DNA of 21,474 nucleotides from Candidatus Krumholzibacteriia bacterium. GTDB taxonomy: Bacteria; Krumholzibacteriota; Krumholzibacteriia; WVZY01. Both the position numbers and the translations under genes were made by a program. Of the stretch, positions 1-7,951 are shown in pieces (position 1 is the stretch's first letter; each line of letters starts with the position of its first letter). The notes beneath the pieces are model-generated. The model saw nothing but the letters and a program-made list of their open reading frames with translations. It ran no database searches and was not told where the DNA came from. The DNA lies in contig JBHHVD010000055.1 in assembly GCA_046754105.1 (NCBI GenBank), forward strand, positions 1 through 21,474, written 5' to 3'.

Positions 1-409
1 ACTTCAGAAGAACCATTTTCTTCGTCTGCGTGAAGCTACTGGCGACCAGCTTGTAGAAGTACACACCCGAGGACACGGTCTGACCGGCATTGTTCTTGCC
101 GTCCCATGTCACCGAGAAGCCTCCTACCTCTGGTGCCTGGACCTGATTTACCAACGTCCTGACCAACTGTCCGGCCGCGTTGTAGATCTTCAGGGACACA
201 TGACCCTGATCCTTGATCTCGTACCCGATCGTCGTGGTCGGGTTGAACGGGTTCGGATAGTTCGCTTTCAAGACGTTCGCATACTGCTGCGGCTCGAATC
301 CCGTCGGTGTCGGAACGATGTTCTGCAGGAACTCGAGAATGTGCTGCAGGTGCGTCACACGCGCCGGAATCGCTCCCCAAGTAGCAGGTGCGAGCTCACG
401 AGAATGCAT
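1..409 (-). CDS. Short ORF (136 aa) consisting almost only of a T9SS type-A-like / FlgD Ig-like C-terminal sorting domain; probably the 3' remnant of a larger secreted-protein gene
   Basis: Not in the ORF track because it runs to the window edge. Manual translation from ATG 409: MHSRELAPATWGAIPARVTHLQHILEFLQNIVPTPTGFEPQQYANVLKANYPNPFNPTTTIGYEIKDQGHVSLKIYNAAGQLVRTLVNQVQAPEVGGFSVTWDGKNNAGQTVSSGVYFYKLVASSFTQTKKMVLLK. NYPNPFNP, IYNxxGQLVRTL, WDGxNxxG, SGVYFY and the terminal KKMxLLK are hallmark motifs. The next codon begins with T at position 1, so it is probably the stop. There is an in-frame stop upstream at 464-466 and no signal peptide. Confidence 0.75.
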   Translation of the reverse strand, partial: MHSRELAPATWGAIPARVTHLQHILEFLQNIVPTPTGFEPQQYANVLKANYPNPFNPTTTIGYEIKDQGHVSLKIYNAAGQLVRTLVNQVQAPEVGGFSVTWDGKNNAGQTVSSGVYFYKLVASSFTQTKKMVLLK

Positions 410-983
410 CCAGGTCCGCGGGCGAATCGATATCCGCATAGTCTGGTTCCCGCCCCGTGGTAATCACCTGGACATCGCCGCGGTGCCTGTCAATAACCTG
501 CATTCCGGATGCGTCGTCGTCCAGCCGGAGAAAATCGGGAAAATATCGCTTCGGGATGATCCTCGGATGACGCCACTCGCCGTTGCACTCCGGAACGATA
601 ATCGTGTCTTTGTTGTCGAAAGCGCCCAACAGGGTGTCGATCAGCGGCGGCGTGAGCCCCGGCATGTCCGCCAGCAGCACCATGGCGCCGGAGCAGTCCG
701 GGTCCAGCGTTCGGAGCGCCGCCTTGAGAGATGACATCATGCCGCGCTGTGGGTGCTTGTTATGCACCGTTACGATTTTGTCGCCAGCCGGAAAGAGTTC
801 GCCGATGCGTCGTTCCAGCGCCGCGTTCGCAGCGCCGGTCACGACATAAACACGCGGCAGGCTCGACTCGACGGCCGGTTTGAGACTGTGGTAGATGAGC
901 GGTTTACCCCCGACGTCGGCCAACAGTTTGTCCGCTCCGAATCGCCGGCCGGCCCCGGCGGCCAGGAACACGCCCGCGATCAT
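396..983 (-). CDS. mocA: Molybdenum cofactor cytidylyltransferase-like nucleotidyltransferase (MocA/MobA family)
   Basis: Motifs LAAGAGRRFGADKLL, GMMSSL, LADMP, HP and DIDSPADL. Start overlaps the xdhC stop (ATGA at 983-980). Confidence 0.85.
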   Translation of the reverse strand: MIAGVFLAAGAGRRFGADKLLADVGGKPLIYHSLKPAVESSLPRVYVVTGAANAALERRIGELFPAGDKIVTVHNKHPQRGMMSSLKAALRTLDPDCSGAMVLLADMPGLTPPLIDTLLGAFDNKDTIIVPECNGEWRHPRIIPKRYFPDFLRLDDDASGMQVIDRHRGDVQVITTGREPDYADIDSPADLDAFS

Positions 984-1879
984 CGGTTGACAAACTCCAC
1001 CAGCTCGGCCGCGATAGCGACGGCAAGCTCGGGGTCGGTTCGGGCGTGGATGTCGATACCGACCGGGGACGAGACGCGCTCCAGGTCCTTCTCGCTCACA
1101 CCGTTCCTTACCATATCCGCGAAGAGCGCATCGCGCCGCGTCCTCGAGCTCAAGAGGCCGATGTAGGCCGAGCCACTGGCGAGTGCTTTTCCAAGAGCGG
1201 TCTTATCGCGCTCGAAGCTGTGGGTGAGCACTACCACCAGGGAGTCGGACGCGAACGGATAGGTGTCGTCGTGCAGCTCGAAACCGGGTCCTTCGAATGT
1301 CGCCAGGTGTGCCGCGCGCCAGTCGATAATGTGAAGACGGAAATCCATGTCCGAAACATGCCCGGCCAGCTCGCGCGCCAGAGGAGTGGCGCCGACAATA
1401 AACAGGTCGCGCGGTGGAGCAATGCTTTCTATGAACACGTTCGAGCGCGGTTCGGGTGACGCCTCATGCATCGAAATCTCACCGGTTTCCAGGTCGTGGC
1501 ACAAGGATACCGACCGTTTCCCCTGCAGGCGCGCGTGGAGTTCTCGATACACCGCTTTGTGCGGGCCGTCAATAGGTTCGAGAAGAATCTTCATCTTGCC
1601 GCCGCAGTAGGTTCCGTAGCCCAGTTGAGCGTCCGAGGGATCGCTGGTGTCGATTTCGATCACCCGTGGTGCCCCGGCCCTCCAGGCTTCCTTGCCGTTG
1701 CGGACAATGTCCTGGTCTACGCACAGCGAGCCCAGGTTGCCGCACAGAGGGAACGGGTTGTCGACCTCGAAAAGGGCCTTTTCTCCCGCCTTTTTGTAGG
1801 TGTGCCCCTCGGTTTCGAGGATGGTGGCGAGGAGTCCCTTGCCGGTCTTGTCGATGGTTTCGAGCAGCGATACGTTCAT
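980..1879 (-). CDS. xdhC: XdhC/CoxI family molybdenum-cofactor insertion chaperone (299 aa)
   Basis: Motifs LATILETEGHTY, CGGKMKILLEP, VVLTHSFERD, YIGLLSSRTR and SPVGIDIHARTDPELAVAIAAELV. Start placed at ATG 1879 rather than 1960 because a promoter lies inside the extension. Confidence 0.88.
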   Translation of the reverse strand: MNVSLLETIDKTGKGLLATILETEGHTYKKAGEKALFEVDNPFPLCGNLGSLCVDQDIVRNGKEAWRAGAPRVIEIDTSDPSDAQLGYGTYCGGKMKILLEPIDGPHKAVYRELHARLQGKRSVSLCHDLETGEISMHEASPEPRSNVFIESIAPPRDLFIVGATPLARELAGHVSDMDFRLHIIDWRAAHLATFEGPGFELHDDTYPFASDSLVVVLTHSFERDKTALGKALASGSAYIGLLSSRTRRDALFADMVRNGVSEKDLERVSSPVGIDIHARTDPELAVAIAAELVEFVNR

Positions 1880-1930
1880 CGGGTGGTCCGGTAACGGTTT
1901 GAGCAACGGCGTCGAGACGCTTCCACGGAC

Positions 1931-1960
1931 ATTATAACACTTGCGCGGGTGAAATGACAC
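1931..1960 (-). promoter_or_regulatory. sigma70-type promoter for xdhC-mocA with extended -10
   Basis: Minus strand reads TG-T-TATAAT (1939-1931), a perfect extended -10. A weak -35 (GTGTCA, 1960-1955) lies 18 bp upstream. Confidence 0.7.
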
Positions 1961-1984
1961 GGCCGAGAATCACGACCGGCCTCC

Positions 1985-2197
1985 CTTACGCGCGGCAGCA
2001 AACCAATTGCCATCGAATGCAAGTGGTCCGCCGGTGACTTCGATCCGCGAAATCTCCTGGCGTTCAGGCGCCACCATGCCGGCGGTGAGGACTACGTCGT
2101 GTCAGCCGACATCTCACGGAGCTTCACCCGAAAACGGCAAGACCTCACGGTCCGATTCGTGAGGCTGGAAACCCTGATAAAGAGGCTCACTGGCTGA
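1985..2197 (+). pseudogene. C-terminal remnant of an AAA_14/DUF4143-type ATPase (PD-(D/E)XK-like tail)
   Basis: Manual translation: LTRGSKPIAIECKWSAGDFDPRNLLAFRRHHAGGEDYVVSADISRSFTRKRQDLTVRFVRLETLIKRLTG, stop 2195-2197. IAIECK is the ExK motif of DUF4143 C-termini. An in-frame stop lies at 1955-1957 with no start codon before the motif. Confidence 0.6.
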
Positions 2198-2284
2198 AGC
2201 ACCGCATCCCGACGCCGTAACGTGCCCTCACGGACTGTCCCAATTTGCGCACTTGAGGTTCCATCACCCGGCCGACACATCCGT

Positions 2285-2313
2285 TTGACAACCGCTGCGG
2301 GTCAGCGTAAAGT
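2285..2313 (+). promoter_or_regulatory. sigma70-type promoter, probably for the HD-prpD-lysF-...-citF operon
   Basis: TTGACA (2285-2290), 17-bp spacer, TAAAGT (2308-2313). Confidence 0.65.
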
Positions 2314-2340
2314 ACTCTCATTCGGGGTACGTATAAAGCG

Positions 2341-2534
2341 ATGCAGGCCTAAAGGCGGCATAACGCGCGGGGGCCGCCGCTATAATCCCTTATGCAGGCC
2401 TAAGGGCGGCATAACGCGCGGGGGCCGCCGCTATAATCCCTTATGCAGGCCTAAGGGCGGCATAACGCACACAAACCGCGGCCATAATCGGCGTATACCA
2501 GCTTAAGAGCGGCATAGCGCGCAGACACCATAAA
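2341..2534. repeat. 51-bp tandem repeat: two near-perfect copies plus two degenerate copies
   Basis: Copies start at 2341, 2392, 2443 and 2495. Unit: ATGCAGGCCTAAGGGCGGCATAACGCGCGGGGGCCGCCGCTATAATCCCTT. Copies 1 and 2 are 50/51 identical, copy 3 matches the first 26 nt, copy 4 matches 20 of the first 26 nt. Confidence 0.95.
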
Positions 2535-2555
2535 CTGGACAACAAGAGGCAGGGA

Positions 2556-2765
2556 ATGGAAGAGACCGTGATTGCTCGAGTTCTTCGTCCCGGCGGACGG
2601 CTCGTGGCCAGCGCGTGGTCCGGTCCGAACGAGGCTGATATCGTTCGATTCCAGCAGACAGCCGGCAGTTTTGCTCCCGAGCCACCTGTGGGGGGCGTCG
2701 GTCCGGGCGGACACATTTTATTCGTGCAGAGAAACCGGACTGATCCCCATACAGGAGACCTGTGA
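2556..2765 (+). pseudogene. Fragment of a class I SAM-dependent methyltransferase (homology about 2571-2708)
   Basis: The 69-aa ORF contains IARVLRPGGRLVASAW, the typical late (L-x-P-G-G) methyltransferase motif. It lacks the N-terminal GxGxG SAM-binding motif. Confidence 0.55.
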
Positions 2766-3307
2766 TGCGAGAAGCGATCGAGCGGCTGTGGCCGGAACTC
2801 GAGTGGATCGAAAACGAGGAGCTGCGCGAGGACGTGACCCGGACCTGGGTTACGGCCATGGAGCGGAGTCCACTCGCGCCGGGTGACCTCAACACGATTC
2901 CATTCACACTGCTCGTGCCGGATTGTCCGGCCACGTTCATGGAGCACAAGCGGTGCGTCGTGCACATCGCCCGCAGGTCCGCCGAAGCGATGCGAGAGTT
3001 TCTAGGTAAGGCGCTGCCCATCGACATCGATACGGTAATCGCCGGCGCGATACTCGCCGACGTCGGGAAGGTCCTGGAGTACGAGAAGGCGGGCGGCAAG
3101 CTGCGGCAGAGCGAGCGGGGCAGATTGTTGCGGCACCCGTTCACGGGCGTGGCGGTTGCGAAGGAGTGCGGTGTGCCCGACGCAGTGTGCCACATTATCG
3201 CGGCCCACGCAGCCGAAGGTGACCTCGTCAAGCGGACCACGGAGGCCACGATCGTTCATCACGCCGATTTCATGAGCTACCTGCCGTTCAAGAATCTCGT
3301 GAAATAG
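2765..3307 (+). CDS. HD/HDIG-domain metal-dependent hydrolase-like protein with a variant AD motif
   Basis: Motifs EH...AGAILADVGK...RHPF...IIAAH...VHHADF. RBS AGGAG at 2753-2757 precedes ATG 2765. Confidence 0.8.
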   Translation: MREAIERLWPELEWIENEELREDVTRTWVTAMERSPLAPGDLNTIPFTLLVPDCPATFMEHKRCVVHIARRSAEAMREFLGKALPIDIDTVIAGAILADVGKVLEYEKAGGKLRQSERGRLLRHPFTGVAVAKECGVPDAVCHIIAAHAAEGDLVKRTTEATIVHHADFMSYLPFKNLVK

Positions 3308-3345
3308 TCAGCCGCGCACCGCGGGCGTTCCCATGGGAGGGAAGG

Positions 3346-4722
3346 ATGTCGGACACCATTACAGCGAAGATGGCGCAGTGGAGCGCCGGCGTTGAATACG
3401 GGCAACTCGGAGACCGGGCCGTCCACGAAGCGAAACGCTACTTGCTGGACTCGCTCGGCTGCGCTTTCGGCGGCTACCGCCAGGAGGATGCGAGGATCGC
3501 GCTCAAGGTGCTCGATGAGATCGGGGGCGGCGGCAAGGCGACGGTAATAGGGACGGGTGCAAAGACGGACGCGGTCACGGCCTCTCTGGCCAACGCGCTC
3601 ATGGTACGCGTGATGGATTACAACGATATCTACTGGCAGCAGGATCCGTCCCACCCCTCGGACATCATACCGGCGGCGATCGCCTGTGGCGAGCGCCGGG
3701 GGCTAGGCGGCAAGGACTTGATCGTCGGGACCGTCCTCGGCCACGAGTTCGAGATGAGGCTGTGCGAGGCGGCGTTTCCCGGCATTCGCGAGCGAGGCTG
3801 GCACCATGCTACGCTCACCGCGTTCGCCGCGCCCATCGTTGCCGGGTGGATGTTGCGTCTGCCGTGGCAAAAGATCCAGCACGCCATCGGCATTTCCGCC
3901 TCGCGGCATGCCACGTACGGAGCCGTCACGGCGGGCAAGCTCACCATGATGAAGAATACGGTGGATCCGATGGCGACACAAAGCGGCGTGCTGGCCGCAC
4001 TGCTCGCCGAGGAGGGGTACACAGGTCCCGAGCACGTGATCGACGGCAAGGAAGGTATCGTGGACTGTCTCGGCCCGGAATGGAAGCTCTCGGTGCTCGT
4101 TGACGGCCTCGGCGAGTCGTGGCGCATAGAGCGTTGCGGAATGAAGGCGTTTCCGACCGAAGCGCTGACGCACACCCCGATCTCGGCCACACTCGACATA
4201 ATGAGCGAGAACGGCCTCACGCACGACCGGGTAGAAAGGGTGCACATCCGTTCGTTGGCGCGGGCGGCGGACATCCTCGCCGATCCGTCCAAGTACGATC
4301 CGCGCACGAAGGAGACGGCGGACCACAGCCTGCCGTACGTGATCGCCGCGGCGCTGGTCGACCGGCGGGTAACGCCTGCCCAGTTCGAACCGCAGCGGAT
4401 CATGAGCCCGGAGATCCGCGCCCAGTTGAACAAGGTGGAAGTCGTGGCCGATCCGGAGATCGAAAAGGTTTTTCCCGAACTGCAGCGAGTAATCGTGACG
4501 ATCCGGACGACGGACGGCGGCGAGTTCAGCAAACAACTCGATTATCCGAAGGGCGATCCGCGTAACCCGCTCACCGACGGCGAAGTGGAAGAAAAGTTTG
4601 ACGCGCTGGCCGCCCCGGTCCTGTCCGACGACAAGCGGCGGCGCGTTAAAGACACGGTGTGGAACGCGGATCGGCTGGAGTCGATTTCCGGCCTGATGGA
4701 CCTGTGCAAGAGCGACCGGTAG
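3346..4722 (+). CDS. prpD: MmgE/PrpD family dehydratase (2-methylcitrate dehydratase-like)
   Basis: Motifs LLDSLGCA, DYND, SHPSD, KAFP, ETADHSLPY and YPKGDPRNP; 458 aa; purine-rich RBS upstream. The family is secure but the substrate is not. Confidence 0.88.
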   Translation: MSDTITAKMAQWSAGVEYGQLGDRAVHEAKRYLLDSLGCAFGGYRQEDARIALKVLDEIGGGGKATVIGTGAKTDAVTASLANALMVRVMDYNDIYWQQDPSHPSDIIPAAIACGERRGLGGKDLIVGTVLGHEFEMRLCEAAFPGIRERGWHHATLTAFAAPIVAGWMLRLPWQKIQHAIGISASRHATYGAVTAGKLTMMKNTVDPMATQSGVLAALLAEEGYTGPEHVIDGKEGIVDCLGPEWKLSVLVDGLGESWRIERCGMKAFPTEALTHTPISATLDIMSENGLTHDRVERVHIRSLARAADILADPSKYDPRTKETADHSLPYVIAAALVDRRVTPAQFEPQRIMSPEIRAQLNKVEVVADPEIEKVFPELQRVIVTIRTTDGGEFSKQLDYPKGDPRNPLTDGEVEEKFDALAAPVLSDDKRRRVKDTVWNADRLESISGLMDLCKSDR

Positions 4723-4728
4723 CCGGCC

Positions 4729-6675
4729 ATGGGGCAGACGATCGCAGAGAAGATAGCCCAGGCGCACATGACCGGGGGGCCCAAGCGGCCGCTACGGGCG
4801 GGCGACGTGGTGTCGCTGAGGCCGCGGCACGTCATGACACACGACAACACGGCCGCCGTGATGAAGAAATTCGCGGCGATCGGCGCGACGGCCGTCGAGG
4901 ATCCGCGCCAGCCGGTCTTCCCGATCGACCACGACATTCAGAATACCTCGGAGACAAACCTCGCGAAATACCGTGCCATAGAGGACTTCGCGCGGGCGCA
5001 CGGTATCGATTTCTACCCGCCGGGAACCGGCATCAGCCACCAGGTGATGGTGTCGATGGGGTACGTCGTGCCCGGCACGCTCGTCGTCGGGTCGGATTCG
5101 CACTCGAACATGTACGGGGCGCTCGGTGCCCTGGGGACCCCCGTCGTACGGACCGATGCGGCGGCCATCTGGGCCACGGGGGAGTTTTGGTGGCAGGTTC
5201 CGCGAACGGTGCAGGTGGTGTTGACCGGCGGGCTGCGGCCGGGTGTTACGGGCAAGGACGTCATCGTCACCCTGTGCGGCCTCTACAACCGGGGGGAAGT
5301 ATTGAACGCCGTCGTCGAGTTTGCCGGGCCCGGTGTGGCAGGCTTGACGATGGACGAGCGCATGACCATTTCCAACATGACGACGGAGTGGGGCGCGCTG
5401 GCGGGGTGGTTTCCGGTGGACGGAGCTACCACCGATTACTTGCGGCGGCGCGGTGAGGTGCTGGCGGCCCGAGGCGTCGCGCGTTACACGGACGACGACC
5501 TGGCCCGCTGGCGAGACGAACCGCCGGTGCCGGACGCGGACGGCGATTACGCGGGGCGCATCGAGCTAGACCTGGCGAAGGTCAGCCCGCACGTATCGGG
5601 ACCCGATACGGTGCAGGTGATGCGCCCTTTGCAGGAGATCGAGCGGGAGAGAATTGTGGTGCAAAAGGCCTACCTCGTATCGTGCGTCAACAGCCGCCTT
5701 GAGGATATCGAGGCGGCGGCGCGCGTGATCGAACGCCGGAAGGTAGGCGAGGGTGTAGAGCTCTACCTCGCCGCCGCCAGCCGCGAGGTCCAGCAAGCCG
5801 CCGAAGCATCGGGTGCGTGGCAGACGCTGGTGGCTGCCGGCGCGCGCGTACTGCCTCCGGGGTGCGGTCCGTGTATCGGCCTGGGCGCGGGCCTGCTCGA
5901 GCCCGGAGAGGTCGGCATTTCCGCAACCAACCGAAATTTCAAGGGCCGCATGGGGTCGCGCGAAGCACAGACGTACCTCGCGAGCCCCGAGGTGGTGGCG
6001 GCGTCCGCGGCGGCCGGCTACATAACGGGACCCCACGGCGTGGAGGCGGTCCCGCTCGAGCCAAAGTTCGAGCCGTGCGAGCGGGCTGTGCCCTCGGGTG
6101 AGACGGTGGAGATCCAGGAAGGCTTTCCGGGGCGGGTCGCGGGACGTTTGGTTTTCGTACCGCAGGATAACCTCAACACCGACGGCATCTACGGTAAGGA
6201 TTATACCTACCGCGAAGGGATGACGCCGGAGGAAATGGCGAAGGTGGTCATGGAGAACTACGACCCCGGGTTTGCCGGCAAGGCCGGGGCCGGAGACGTG
6301 CTGGTCGGCGGCCGGAATTTTGGTACCGGCTCGAGCCGCGAGCAAGCTGCGACGGCGCTCAAGTACAAGGGGATCGCACTGGTCATTGCCGGGAGTTTCT
6401 CGCAGACGTACCTGCGCAACGCCTACAACAACGGGTTCATCTGCATCGAGTGCCCCGAGCTCGTCGAACGTTTGAAAAAAGAACTCCGGCGCGAGATCGA
6501 CGACGGCGAGCTTACCGTTATCCCCGGGGACACGCTCGACGTCGACTTTGCGAACGGTACCGTCGCACTTGGGAGCGAGGTGTTTCGTTTTCCGCCGCTG
6601 GGAGCGGTCCCGCAGTCGCTCGTCATCGCGGGCGGAATCGAGAATCTCGTGCGCGAGCGGCTCGCTCTCGGCTGA
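4729..6675 (+). CDS. lysF: Homoaconitase, single-chain (large + small domain fused), fungal LysF/Lys4 type
   Basis: Motifs MTHDN, DHDIQN, DSHSNMYG, VRTDAAAIWATGxxWWQ, NMTTEWG and ATNRNFKGRMGS. Fe-S cysteines lie in SCVN and CGPC. The swivel domain carries NTDGIY and NFGTGSSREQAATA. Confidence 0.85.
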   Translation: MGQTIAEKIAQAHMTGGPKRPLRAGDVVSLRPRHVMTHDNTAAVMKKFAAIGATAVEDPRQPVFPIDHDIQNTSETNLAKYRAIEDFARAHGIDFYPPGTGISHQVMVSMGYVVPGTLVVGSDSHSNMYGALGALGTPVVRTDAAAIWATGEFWWQVPRTVQVVLTGGLRPGVTGKDVIVTLCGLYNRGEVLNAVVEFAGPGVAGLTMDERMTISNMTTEWGALAGWFPVDGATTDYLRRRGEVLAARGVARYTDDDLARWRDEPPVPDADGDYAGRIELDLAKVSPHVSGPDTVQVMRPLQEIERERIVVQKAYLVSCVNSRLEDIEAAARVIERRKVGEGVELYLAAASREVQQAAEASGAWQTLVAAGARVLPPGCGPCIGLGAGLLEPGEVGISATNRNFKGRMGSREAQTYLASPEVVAASAAAGYITGPHGVEAVPLEPKFEPCERAVPSGETVEIQEGFPGRVAGRLVFVPQDNLNTDGIYGKDYTYREGMTPEEMAKVVMENYDPGFAGKAGAGDVLVGGRNFGTGSSREQAATALKYKGIALVIAGSFSQTYLRNAYNNGFICIECPELVERLKKELRREIDDGELTVIPGDTLDVDFANGTVALGSEVFRFPPLGAVPQSLVIAGGIENLVRERLALG

Positions 6676-6757
6676 AATCTTCGCCGCCGGTAGAGAGGCG
6701 GATCTTGCAAATGTGGCGGGCGGCGCGCCCGTCCTGACACGGGAGGACCTCGACAAT

Positions 6758-7942
6758 ATGAAACGCACGGTGGTGACGATGCCGGGTGACGGCATCGGCA
6801 AAGTGGTCTTGCCAGAGTCGGTGCGAGTACTCGACGCGGCAGGGTTTGATGCGGAGTACGTGCACGCCGACATCGGATGGGATTTCTGGGTCAACGAGGG
6901 CAATCCGTTGCCGGAGCGCACGATCGACCTCCTGCGCGCGCACAAGCTCGGGCTCTTCGGCGCGATCACCTCGAAGCCGAAGGACAAGGCAGCGGCGGAA
7001 ATCCGGCCGGAGCTGCGGGACAAAGGCTACGTCTATTTCAGCCCGATCGTGGCCATGAGACAGATTTTCAACCTCGATATCTGTATCCGGCCCTGCCGCT
7101 CGTTTCCCGGCAATCCGCTGAACTTCATCCATCACAAGGCGGGTGGCGGCTTTGAGGAGCCCAAGGTCGATGCCGTTATTTTTCGACAGAATACCGAGGG
7201 GCTTTACTGCGGCATCGAGTGGACCAACCCCCCCGGAGAAGTACACGACGCGCTCTCGACGCACTCCAAGTACAAACCGTTCGCCGCTACGGCGGGCGAA
7301 GATCTCGCCGTGTCCGTACGCCTGTTTACGCGCAACGCCTGCCGCCGCATCCTGCGCGGCGCCTTCGAGTACGCGAAGAAACACGGGTACCGGTCGGTCA
7401 CCGTGTGTGAAAAGCCGAACGTGCTGCGCGAGACCTCGGGCATGCTCGAAGAGGAAGCACGCAAGGTCCACGCGGGCTACGAAGGCATCGATCTGTGGTC
7501 GACCAACATCGACGCACAGATGATGTGGCTGACCAAGAACCCGGCCGACTACGGTGTCATCGTGGCGGGAAACCTCTTCGGCGACATCGTTTCCGATGCG
7601 TTTGCGGGACTGGTCGGCGGTCTTGGCTTTGCCTGCTCGGGCAACATCGGAGATGAGGTCGCCGTGTTCGAGCCGACGCACGGATCGGCGCCGAAGTACG
7701 AGGCGATCGACCCGCCGATCGTCAACCCGATCGCGATGGTTCTCAGCGCGGCGATGATGCTCGATCACGTTGGCGAGACGGAGAAAGCGGAGAGGGTTCG
7801 CCGCGCCGTTGCGGCCGTTATCGAGGAGGGCACGACGCGGCCGTACGACATGATGCGCATTGCGGGCGGACCGGACGTAGTCGCCCGGGGAGCGGCGACG
7901 ACGACCCAGACTACCGATGCCATCATCGAAAAGCTCGGCTAG
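6758..7942 (+). CDS. Isocitrate/isopropylmalate dehydrogenase family enzyme, homoisocitrate dehydrogenase-like
   Basis: Motifs PGDGIG, LFGAITS, YFSPIVAMR (compare YSSPIVALR of fungal Lys12), RQNTEGLY, NLFGDIVSD and FEPTHGSAP. RBS GGAGGA at 6742-6747 supports ATG 6758. Confidence 0.85.
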   Translation: MKRTVVTMPGDGIGKVVLPESVRVLDAAGFDAEYVHADIGWDFWVNEGNPLPERTIDLLRAHKLGLFGAITSKPKDKAAAEIRPELRDKGYVYFSPIVAMRQIFNLDICIRPCRSFPGNPLNFIHHKAGGGFEEPKVDAVIFRQNTEGLYCGIEWTNPPGEVHDALSTHSKYKPFAATAGEDLAVSVRLFTRNACRRILRGAFEYAKKHGYRSVTVCEKPNVLRETSGMLEEEARKVHAGYEGIDLWSTNIDAQMMWLTKNPADYGVIVAGNLFGDIVSDAFAGLVGGLGFACSGNIGDEVAVFEPTHGSAPKYEAIDPPIVNPIAMVLSAAMMLDHVGETEKAERVRRAVAAVIEEGTTRPYDMMRIAGGPDVVARGAATTTQTTDAIIEKLG

Positions 7943-7951
7943 GGAGATGAT

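Noticed and set aside
2231..2246. GGACTGTCCCAATTT, reminiscent of REP-like repeats in GC-rich bacteria
   Set aside because: Single copy with no partner inverted repeat in the window, so it cannot be supported.
2375..2400. Xer dif site (ATAA...TTATG)
   Set aside because: The central region is 4 bp rather than 6 bp and there is no TTATGTTAAAT-like XerD arm.
2222..2506. 94-aa ORF with a 17-aa repeat (CRPKGGITRGGRRYNPL)
   Set aside because: It stays open only because the repeat length is a multiple of 3. It has no clear RBS, starts upstream of the promoter and has no recognisable domain.
2341..2534. CRISPR array (26-nt conserved part plus 25-nt 'spacers')
   Set aside because: The first two 'spacers' are identical and the third is a degenerate version of the same sequence. 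No cas genes are present. It is a tandem repeat.
3346..7942. Standard methylcitrate cycle or leucine biosynthesis
   Set aside because: No prpC/prpB or leuA. The aconitase and dehydrogenase motifs match the homoaconitase and homoisocitrate dehydrogenase types better.
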